The translations under genes and the position numbers were made by a program. This document shows, one piece after another, positions 10,001 through 16,531 of a DNA stretch of 32,000 bases (within the stretch, counting starts at the first letter, position 1; each line of letters opens with the position of its first letter). This DNA comes from Vibrio vulnificus CMCP6 (GTDB lineage: Bacteria > Pseudomonadota > Gammaproteobacteria > Enterobacterales > Vibrionaceae): the NCBI RefSeq assembly GCF_000039765.1, contig NC_004460.2:1200001-1232000 (forward strand), read 5' to 3'. The notes below the pieces were generated by a model, which had not been told where the DNA came from, searched no databases, and was given only the letters and a program-made list of their open reading frames with translations.

Positions 10001-10207
10001 CTTCTTGTCGGCGCGAATCGCTTCAATTAACTGAGTCGTTCGGCTGGCGATCGCTTGCTTTTCTTCCGCTGAAGGGGTTGCCAGTGGCAGGAGCTGCTCC
10101 AGCCATTGAGATTCGTCCACCATATACAATGGGGAGATCAATGCCCATAGCTTATCGAGCGGCTGCGCGACAAACTCCGGCTTTAACACATCTGTTGCTG
10201 TAAACAT
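7076..10207 (-). CDS. putA: Bifunctional proline dehydrogenase / L-glutamate-gamma-semialdehyde (P5C) dehydrogenase PutA. It lacks both the N-terminal RHH DNA-binding domain and the C-terminal domain.
   Basis: 1043 aa. PRODH barrel region, then an ALDH domain (FTGST, the catalytic-Cys region GQRCSAL, and ELGGKN replaced by the typical PutA ETGGQNAMIVD). No ribbon-helix-helix-like N-terminus is visible. Confidence 0.92.
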   Translation of the reverse strand: MFTATDVLKPEFVAQPLDKLWALISPLYMVDESQWLEQLLPLATPSAEEKQAIASRTTQLIEAIRADKKSIQLIDALLLEYSLDTHEGILLMCLAEALMRIPDAATADALIKDKMSVADWKSHLKNSESVFVNASTWGLMLTGKVVGLGDDETQSASQALNRLVNKLSEPVIRKAMYQAMKIMGHQFVRGRTIEEAQKNGRPMRDKGFTYSFDMLGEAALTTADANKYFKDYLMAIEAVGRETYGNDTSPAPSVSIKLSALHPRYEVANEHRVMSELFDTLAQLLKRAVELDVAITIDAEEADRLELSLKLFEKLYRSETVKGWGKFGLVVQAYSKRALPVLVWLNALAKEQGDLIPLRLVKGAYWDSEVKWSQQRGYDNYPVYTRKEATDVAYLACARFLLSDDVRGNIFPQFASHNAQTVSSIATMATHSDYEFQRLHGMGDSLYNHVMEQYRQPVRIYAPVGSHKDLLPYLVRRLLENGANSSFVHRLVDARCPVAELTKHPVEALTSFETLNNTKIPLPAAIFPERKNSYGVNVDIESEAKPFEAQVESFLSKQWLAGPIINGASLAESMIKDGQAESVTAPYDRRIQVGQIAFANLDHVSQAIDIAQAAFADWNRTPLVEKARCLDNLADLMEANLAELVALCHQEAGKTLHDSIDEVREAVDFCRYYAKQAQNLQPFELEGFDGVKRVASREGLGVFVCISPWNFPLAIFLGQVTAALVAGNTVVAKPAEQTSLIAVRAVELMLQAGFPAGVVQLIPGRGADIGSALTSHPAIAGVAFTGSTATAQRINVTLAQREAKPVPFIAETGGQNAMIVDSTALPEQVVRDVIRSAFASAGQRCSALRVLFVQQDIADRVIGLIQGAMNELSVGVPHRHKTDVGPVIDARAKEKLLLHIEQMNQTQRPIAQLTLADDCQHGDFVAPTAFEISGIDVLKEEQFGPILHIVRFKASELTRVVEQINQTGFGLTMGIHSRNETTYRWIEKHARVGNCYINRDQVGAVVGVQPFGGQGLSGTGPKAGGPHYLYRFTQVQFNQTENA

Positions 10208-10390
10208 GCGTTTTCCTCAATCTCATCCCCGAAAACCGCTTCGGGGCTACACAATGGCTGGCAGTGTATTTTGAGCCTGAGAGGATTACTTGTCAAAAAC
10301 TCCGAGCTTTTTGCTAAAAACTCGCTTTTTTAACAAAACAACTACATGATTACACGAATTTAGGCAAAATATTGTGTCGTAAAAAGCAAC

Positions 10391-11209
10391 TTATTTAACG
10401 CCAAATTGCTTTTTGTATTGAGAAGGTGAAACACCCTGTAAGCGAGTAAAGGAGTGGGTAAAGGTACTTTGACCGGAAAAACCGGTCAGCTCGGCAATTT
10501 GCCCCAAGCTTAATGTGCCTTTTTCAATCAGATCTTTGGCCATATCGATGCGCTTACCGAGCACGTATTGGTGCGGTGTAATGCCCATTTGCTCTTTGAA
10601 GAGGCTGTGGAACTGGCTTTCACCAAGGAAAACACTGCCAGCAAGCTGCGCTACACTGATCTTGTGGCTCAGATGGGTTTCGATATAGCGATCAATCGCA
10701 TCGAGATCAAAACGCGACTCTTTTCTTGGCGTCTCGAACGCCGACATATGACGTTGCATCAACGCCATCACGGTATCGTTGCAAGCTCGGCTCAATAAAA
10801 GATCCTCGGGGTTGGACTGCATTTCATGCACCAACATCTGGATCAACTTTTGAATTTGCGCATCCAATTGAAAATAAAGGTGAGATTTTTCAATTTGATT
10901 GATTTTTTGCAGCAGCAGCGGATCATCATCATTGGGTACGGGCATATTCAGCACCAAAATATCCGACTGACCAATCACGCCACCAAACGCGTGATCAGAG
11001 CAGGCCGTAACGATGCAGCCTTGACCCGGTCCAACAAGATTACCCTGCCCTCGCACTTCAAACTCCGCCTGCCCCTTCAAACCAATCACGATTTGCGTGT
11101 AATGATGATCATGGCAATCCATGTAAGAAGGTAATGTCACCAGCTCTGCCGGCTTGGGCAGCTTGATGTTGGCGATGATCTCAGGTTGGGGCTTAGTGCT
11201 TTCGTTCAT
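10391..11209 (-). CDS. AraC/XylS-family transcriptional regulator (cupin-like N-domain plus double HTH)
   Basis: The C-terminus carries the AraC signature (ISVAQLAGSVFLGESQFHSLFKEQMGITPHQYVLGKRIDMAKDLI...IAELTGFSGQSTFTHSFTRLQGVSPSQYKK). I placed the start at the internal Met (MNESTKPQ...). The 36-aa upstream extension in the track looks non-coding. Confidence 0.85.
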   Translation of the reverse strand: MNESTKPQPEIIANIKLPKPAELVTLPSYMDCHDHHYTQIVIGLKGQAEFEVRGQGNLVGPGQGCIVTACSDHAFGGVIGQSDILVLNMPVPNDDDPLLLQKINQIEKSHLYFQLDAQIQKLIQMLVHEMQSNPEDLLLSRACNDTVMALMQRHMSAFETPRKESRFDLDAIDRYIETHLSHKISVAQLAGSVFLGESQFHSLFKEQMGITPHQYVLGKRIDMAKDLIEKGTLSLGQIAELTGFSGQSTFTHSFTRLQGVSPSQYKKQFGVK

Positions 11210-11407
11210 AGGGATGCAGAGTAGAACAAGGACAGAAGAATGATACCTCACCTCAACCCGCATGCAAGTCAAACCGAGAAGAGGTGCAAAGATCTTTATG
11301 GCGCTCCCTTTGATCATTGTTCCGGAACGATGATCATGCAGCGATGTTCTACGGCCATCGTTCCACGGACCAAATCATACAGAGACAATCCATCTCATTG
11401 ATGAATA

Positions 11408-11451
11408 GAGGGTTTTCCCTCCTTTTGCTACATAACAATTTTGCATACAGT
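11408..11451 (+). promoter_or_regulatory. Candidate VqmA operator (GAGGG-TTTT-CCCTC) plus an extended -10-like element for the vqmR-like sRNA
   Basis: Perfect 5+4+5 palindrome at 11408-11421. TGcATACAG/TACAGT at 11442-11451 sits about where a -10 would be for an activator site centred near -41. Confidence 0.55.
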
Positions 11452-11456
11452 GTTTG

Positions 11457-11616
11457 CGAGAGATCGTGACAAGCATACGTCGCTGTCTCTTGGTATCTTG
11501 TGATACCTCTAAATTGGCGTAGCAAGACCCTCGCTATGTGATTTAGAACCTCTTCTACACGTCGACAAGATTGATATCTTGTGTTGCCAGCCCCTCTTCA
11601 GGCTGGCCTTTTTTTT
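11457..11616 (+). ncRNA. vqmR: VqmR-like Hfq-type small RNA (5' end approximate)
   Basis: ORF-free interval directly upstream of the PAS-LuxR gene. Internal stem-loop ACAAGAT-tgat-ATCTTGT (11565-11582). Terminator GCCAGCC-N8-GGCTGGC followed by C then T8 (11586-11616). The 5' end is inferred only from the promoter-like elements. Confidence 0.65.
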
Positions 11617-11753
11617 GTCTGCGATTCCATTTCTCTTCCCCAATATTGATAAATTCCACAAAAAACAACGCTTTTCGAGGGATAACTTGGCTAAAGACAA
11701 AGAATTGCACACCAATTAAATGCATATTTGCAAGTTACCACTGTGCTGTATAG

Positions 11754-12494
11754 GTGAGTTGTACTGTGTCTAATTGTCTGAGCAATATCGAATTTTCCCT
11801 TTTTAACCAACTTCCCGGCTGTTGGGGCTGCAAAGATCGCCATTCGGTCTTTCGTTACGCTAACCAAGATTACGCTTGGCTGGTCGGCCATCGCCGCCCT
11901 GAAGATTGTATTGGCCTCACCGACTTTGATATGCCGAGCCCGACGGTAGAATGCGCTGCCGAGTTCCAGCGCCAAGATCAATATGTGATGGAAAGTGAAC
12001 GAACGCTGAAAATTCTCGATATTCACCCCTACCCAGATGGCCGCTGGCACGCGCATATTTTTACCAAATCCCCTTGGTACAACGACAGCGGCGAAGTGCA
12101 AGGGACGATTTTTTATGGTCAAGAGCTCACCGACACCGCGGTGTTAGAAGTGGGATATTGGATCTGTCGCGCAACCGGGATTACCGATGGCAACCTGCCT
12201 CGTTTTCGCTTTAATGATGCCAGCTTGTCGATCAGTGATTTGACCGCTCGAGAGCAAGAGACGCTGTTTTTGCTACTGTATGGACGCAAGCCGCAGTACA
12301 TCGCCAACATTATGGGGATTTCAATTAAAACCGTCGAAGGTCACGTGGCAAGGCTGCGCACCAAGTTCGCGGCAAACAGCAAAAACGAATTGATTGATAA
12401 GGCATTAGAAGCAGGCTTTGGATCTTTGATCCCAGAAAGCTTACTCAACACCCAGCTTTCTGTGGTACTCAATGGCGATCATTTAAGTGAATGA
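11754..12494 (+). CDS. vqmA: PAS-domain / LuxR-type HTH transcription factor, VqmA-like
   Basis: The N-terminal ~150 aa is PAS-like. The C-terminus is a LuxR/FixJ HTH (LTAREQETLFLLLYGRKPQYIANIMGISIKTVEGHVARLRTKF). It lies next to the vqmR-like locus and to pdxH. The start is uncertain: GTG 11754 in the track, or in-frame GTG 11766, which is better spaced from AGGTGA (11752-11757). Confidence 0.75.
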   Translation: MSCTVSNCLSNIEFSLFNQLPGCWGCKDRHSVFRYANQDYAWLVGHRRPEDCIGLTDFDMPSPTVECAAEFQRQDQYVMESERTLKILDIHPYPDGRWHAHIFTKSPWYNDSGEVQGTIFYGQELTDTAVLEVGYWICRATGITDGNLPRFRFNDASLSISDLTAREQETLFLLLYGRKPQYIANIMGISIKTVEGHVARLRTKFAANSKNELIDKALEAGFGSLIPESLLNTQLSVVLNGDHLSE

Positions 12495-12498
12495 TCGC
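12473..12498 (+). terminator. Hairpin overlapping the vqmA stop codon (terminator-like, no U-tract)
   Basis: GGCGATCATT-taagtg-AATGATCGCC, a 10-bp perfect stem, followed by atgataataa rather than a T-run. Confidence 0.35.
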
Positions 12499-12543
12499 CA
12501 TGATAATAACGCTAACCGTGCAAGCTTAACGTGCAAATAGCGC

Positions 12544-13179
12544 TTAAGGCGCAAGGCGATCGATGTGCCACTCGCCTTGTTCTTGGCTGTAAAGGAAACG
12601 GTCGTGCAGGCGATGCTCTCCTCCTTGCCAAAACTCGATGCTTTGTGGCTTCACGCGGAATCCGCCCCAGAAGCTCGGCACCGGAATTTCACCATTGGCA
12701 AACTTCTGTTTTAGCTCAAGAAACTTACCTTCGAGTACGCCACGAGCGGAAATTCGGCTGCTCTGACGGCTGGCCATCGCCGCTAATTGGCTCTCTTTCG
12801 GGCGAGAAGTGAAGTACTTCATGTTTTCCATTGCGGTCAGTTTTTCTGCCACACCCGTGATGTGCACTTGACGCTCAAGCGGGTGCCAAGGAAAGTGAAG
12901 GCTGATCTTGCTGTTGTGCTCTAAGTGCTGCGCTTTGCGGCTACCCAAATTGGTGTAAAACACAAAGCCGTCTTTATCGACGTTTTTCAGCAAAACGATA
13001 CGTTGGAAAGGCATGCCATCTTTGTCCACGGTCGCGACCGTCATGGCCGTCGGATCACTCAAGTTCGCCTTGATCGCTTGCTCTAGCCAAAAGTTAAACT
13101 GATCAATTGGGTCGTTTTTTAAATCTTTACGACGCAAGCCGCCTTTGGTGTATTCACGGCGAATATCAGCAAGTTCCAT
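12544..13179 (-). CDS. pdxH: Pyridoxamine 5'-phosphate oxidase
   Basis: 211 aa from the internal Met ([17 protein letters not shown]...). Ends with the family-typical ...[16 protein letters not shown]....W.IDRLAP. GAAGGAG SD precedes ATG 13179. The track's 36-aa extension is rejected. Confidence 0.9.
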   Translation of the reverse strand: MELADIRREYTKGGLRRKDLKNDPIDQFNFWLEQAIKANLSDPTAMTVATVDKDGMPFQRIVLLKNVDKDGFVFYTNLGSRKAQHLEHNSKISLHFPWHPLERQVHITGVAEKLTAMENMKYFTSRPKESQLAAMASRQSSRISARGVLEGKFLELKQKFANGEIPVPSFWGGFRVKPQSIEFWQGGEHRLHDRFLYSQEQGEWHIDRLAP

Positions 13180-13376
13180 CTTCACTCCTTCACATATTTT
13201 TTGCCGATTGTGCGCCCGAATGTGTTCAAACTCAAGCCTTGAAGCCCGCATGTTGCTCCGAGCGCGATTTGCTCCAATGCTCAGCACAAGAAAACTCAGA
13301 TCAAATTCGCGTTGTGGTGGTCGCTCGGTTTATCTTTTTTGTTGCACTGGTAAAGTAATCCAATCCCCCTATTTTA

Positions 13377-15203
13377 TTGATAAGGCATTGTGTGTCGCTG
13401 GTTTCTCGTTGGTCTGGTTATCGCTTTTTCCTCTTTATGTTGCTGCTCGGTGGCATCGGTTTAACCGTGACGCATTTTGCCGCTTCTCATTATCAGCAGA
13501 ACAAATGGGCGTCGATTCTGAAAAACTATGCCGATCGCGCCAATCAGCAACTCAGCTCAGAACTGGCTAAGTTTGAGCAAATTCCCAACCTGCTCAGTCA
13601 CGATCCTCGCTTACTCACCTACCTCACCCAGCCGGAATCAAACGGGTTAAATCAACTGCTGGCAGAATGGTCGAAGCAAACATTGGCCGATACCATCTAT
13701 CTGCATAATCAACAAGGAGTAGTCATTGGCTCGAGTAACTATCAACAAGACGATACCTTTGTCGGGGAAGATTTTTCCTTCCGCCCCTACTTCATTGAAG
13801 CGATGCAAGGTCACATCGCTCGCTACGTCGCGTTAGGTATCCGCTCCAACAAGCGCGGCTATTTTTACTCCGCGCCGATTTGGTTGGAGAACAAGATTGC
13901 TGGCGTCATCACGGTGAAAGTGAGCCTGGAAGAGCTGGAAAACAGCCTTGCGCCAGAGCGAGCAGACATTATGGTCCTCGATCAAAACAACGTGGTGTTT
14001 CTCAGCAACCAAGCCACTTGGCGATACACCGCCTTGGCACCTATCGCCCCCGAACACATAGAGGCAATGGTGCAAAACCAGCAATATGGCAGTCAAGCGC
14101 CTAAGGCGCATCCGAGCGTTCAGTTGGGCGATCCCGCCAATCCTCAAGCCCAACAACGCATGATGCCACACCATCAACTGTATCTATCGGCCACCAACGA
14201 TAATGGATTCCGCGTTGTCACCCTCGCGGCGCATCAACAACGTTTGATGACCGTGCTGCAAGCCGATGTGATTTTTGTGCTGATATTTAGCTTACTCAGT
14301 TTGATCGCCTTTGCTTGGCAGCAAACACTCAACAACAAACGCCAATTGGCGCTGCTTAACAAGCAGTTAGAATCCAAAGTCAAGCAGCGCACTGAGGTTC
14401 TCAGTGAGAGCAACCAACGTCTGCAACAAACCATTATTCAATATGAAAAGACGCAGCAAGAGCTCAAACAAACCCAGCAAGAACTGACCCAAGCGGCGAA
14501 GTTGGCACTGCTTGGCGAGCTTTCTGCCAGTATTAATCATGAAATCAATCAACCGCTGGCGGCGCTGCGCACCTACACAGAAAACAGCTTGAAACTGATG
14601 TCGATGGAGAAATATCAGTTGGTTGAACACAACTTGCAACAAATGCTGCAACTCAACGAAACCATCAGCGAAGTGATTGCGCGCCTGAAAATATTCACCC
14701 GTAAATCGACCCCGGATGAGCGTCACTATTACGCGAATTTGCACGACTCCGTGCACAACGCAACGCGCATCCTGAGCAATAAACTGATCAAATCGGGTGT
14801 GACGTTAAAAGTCGCCTCCATTCCACCTTCGCTCGCCGCCAATATTCACCATATCGAACTTGAGCAAGTGCTGATCAACCTCATCCACAATGCGATACAA
14901 GCCTTGGAAGGACAAGCCGATGGTCAAATCGTGATTGAATGCGCCATTGAGCAAGACGCTTGCCAGTTGATTGTCAGCGACAACGGCCCAGGGATTGAGG
15001 CAACCAAGCTGGCACACCTTTTCGACCCGTTTTTTACCACCAAGCCAGAAGGTCTTGGGCTTGGTTTAACCATTTCCAAACGCATTATTGAAAGCTATCA
15101 AGGTGGCTTGGAGGCCGAGCTTCACTCCCCTCACGGGATGCGTTTTACCCTTTCACTGCCACGCCTTTTGTCCAGTGATGCGTCAACACAAGAATTCGTA
15201 TGA
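13377..15203 (+). CDS. DctB-family sensor histidine kinase (two TM segments, periplasmic Cache/PDC-type sensor, coiled coil, HisKA, HATPase)
   Basis: DFSFRPYF motif in the periplasmic part. H-box SASINHEINQPLAAL. N/G boxes LINLIHNAIQAL, DNGPGI, FDPFFTTK, GLGLGL. The start is uncertain (TTG 13377 or in-frame GTG 13392). Confidence 0.85.
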   Translation: MIRHCVSLVSRWSGYRFFLFMLLLGGIGLTVTHFAASHYQQNKWASILKNYADRANQQLSSELAKFEQIPNLLSHDPRLLTYLTQPESNGLNQLLAEWSKQTLADTIYLHNQQGVVIGSSNYQQDDTFVGEDFSFRPYFIEAMQGHIARYVALGIRSNKRGYFYSAPIWLENKIAGVITVKVSLEELENSLAPERADIMVLDQNNVVFLSNQATWRYTALAPIAPEHIEAMVQNQQYGSQAPKAHPSVQLGDPANPQAQQRMMPHHQLYLSATNDNGFRVVTLAAHQQRLMTVLQADVIFVLIFSLLSLIAFAWQQTLNNKRQLALLNKQLESKVKQRTEVLSESNQRLQQTIIQYEKTQQELKQTQQELTQAAKLALLGELSASINHEINQPLAALRTYTENSLKLMSMEKYQLVEHNLQQMLQLNETISEVIARLKIFTRKSTPDERHYYANLHDSVHNATRILSNKLIKSGVTLKVASIPPSLAANIHHIELEQVLINLIHNAIQALEGQADGQIVIECAIEQDACQLIVSDNGPGIEATKLAHLFDPFFTTKPEGLGLGLTISKRIIESYQGGLEAELHSPHGMRFTLSLPRLLSSDASTQEFV

Positions 15204-16429
15204 ACAGCCAAATTTACTTTATCGATGACGAACCTCATATCCGCGATTCCGTTAGCCAAGCGCTGATGATTGAAGGTGTTGAGGTGATTAGTTTTCCCAA
15301 TGCGGTCGAAGCACTTAAGCATATTGATACCCAGCAAGCAGGCGTGGTGGTCACCGATATCCATATGCCCGTTATGAACGGCTTAGCGTTGTTGAAAGAG
15401 CTACGCAGTCGCAACCCTCACTTTCAGGTGATCGTGCTCACTGGCTATGGCGATGTGAAAACCGCGGTAGAAGCGATGAAAGGTGGGGCGTACGATTTTC
15501 TTGAGAAGCCATTTTCCACCGACAGCCTACTCAAAGCGATTCGTAACGCTGAAGACAAGCTGGCGTTATTACAAGAAAACATTTGGCTGAAGAAAGAGCT
15601 CGACATGCAAACGCACGCAGGCTCAAAACTGATTGGCCATTCGCAAGCCATGGTGCAGATACGTCGCGCGCTCATCAGTGCGCAAACCGACCGACCACTG
15701 ATTCTCTATGGCGACAAAGGAACCGGTAAACGCCTGTGCGCGCAGTTCTTTTATGATATTCACAACCGTAATGAAGGCGAGTTGGTGCCAATTTCTGGCT
15801 TTTATTTTAGTGACCTCAGCAGCGAGGAGATACCGCAGAAACTGAGGCTGCTCCTCGCTCAGCACCCCAATGACACGCTATTTATTCACGATGCAGAAGT
15901 GCTGAAAGCCAAACAGTGGCAAATACTCACGGAAACCCCACTTGGCACCACCAAGCTCGTCTGTGCCACACTCTCTTTACCCAGCACCATCACCGGTAAA
16001 ATACAGAGCATTGCCCTGCCCACGCTCGACCAGCGTAAAAACGACATTCCCGCCCTGTATAAACACTTTGTGCGTAACGCGTGTAGCCGCTACCAAGTTC
16101 AGCCACCGCGCATCACCGCCGAAGAGCTGGAAACCGTACAGCAACAAACGTGGCCGGAAAACATTCGTCAGTTACGTCAGTTCGCCGAGTTACGCGCGCT
16201 CAAATCACCACAATTTCTCTCAGCAGATGTCGATGAGCTGCAACAAGCCCAAGCGCAAACCATGGCGCAACGACTGGATTACTTTGAATACACCTTACTG
16301 TTTGATGCGCTAAAACGGCATGGCGGACGCTTAAAAGAGGTACAACAAGAATTACAGGTCTCACGTAAAACCCTGTATGATAAACTCAAAAAGCATCAGT
16401 TAGATAAATCTCAGTTTAAAGATCAGTAA
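15200..16429 (+). CDS. NtrC/DctD-type response regulator with an intact receiver, a shortened/degenerate sigma54-activator (AAA+) module and a Fis-type HTH
   Basis: Receiver: DDEP, VVVTDIHMP, LTGYGD, EKP. Central region: GDKGTGK instead of GESGTGKE, no GAFTGA-like loop, LFIHDAE instead of LFLDEI, and only ~175 aa between LIGHS and WPENIRQL. C-terminus: SRKTLYDKLKKH. There is a 4-nt ATGA overlap with the kinase stop. Confidence 0.8.
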   Translation: MNSQIYFIDDEPHIRDSVSQALMIEGVEVISFPNAVEALKHIDTQQAGVVVTDIHMPVMNGLALLKELRSRNPHFQVIVLTGYGDVKTAVEAMKGGAYDFLEKPFSTDSLLKAIRNAEDKLALLQENIWLKKELDMQTHAGSKLIGHSQAMVQIRRALISAQTDRPLILYGDKGTGKRLCAQFFYDIHNRNEGELVPISGFYFSDLSSEEIPQKLRLLLAQHPNDTLFIHDAEVLKAKQWQILTETPLGTTKLVCATLSLPSTITGKIQSIALPTLDQRKNDIPALYKHFVRNACSRYQVQPPRITAEELETVQQQTWPENIRQLRQFAELRALKSPQFLSADVDELQQAQAQTMAQRLDYFEYTLLFDALKRHGGRLKEVQQELQVSRKTLYDKLKKHQLDKSQFKDQ

Positions 16430-16531
16430 CATCTTCCATCGCAACGAAAGGTTACATCGATTTAACAATTGAATAGACTGAGTTTAAAATCATAAAGATA
16501 AATTCTATTCATCATCAAACAAGGACAGTGC

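Noticed and set aside
7205-10203. Many 60-120-aa ORFs on both strands inside putA (for example 7420-7785, 7679-7960, 7803-8084, 9395-9721, 9681-9995)
   Set aside because: They are shadow ORFs of a well-supported 1043-aa gene, have no SD elements, and their composition is typical of antisense translation.
11210-11317. N-terminal extensions offered by the ORF track for the AraC-type gene. The same applies to pdxH (13180-13287), iadA (26061-26165), maa (30171-30224), putP (6288-6332) and the small ORF at 3886-4041.
   Set aside because: In each case an internal Met aligns with the family's usual N-terminus, mostly with a proper SD. The AraC-type start at 11209 has no clear SD. The extension is not homologous and overlaps promoter-like DNA.
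11691-12122. 143-aa minus-strand ORF overlapping the vqmA start region
   Set aside because: It is antisense to the PAS-LuxR gene, which has clear domain signatures. It would also run through the vqmA promoter region.
13145-13570. 141-aa + strand ORF spanning the pdxH 5' end and the kinase start. The same applies to 12531-12812(+) antisense to pdxH.
   Set aside because: It overlaps two well-supported genes in other frames or strands, and its Cys/Arg/Ser-rich translation has no motifs.
16430-16531. Looked for a sigma54 -24/-12 promoter (TGGCAC-N5-TTGC) downstream of the NtrC-type regulator. Also checked TGGTGCTTTGCA on the minus strand near 26130.
   Set aside because: There is none in the lapC upstream gap. 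The 26130 sequence has only 6 nt between GG and GC instead of 10.
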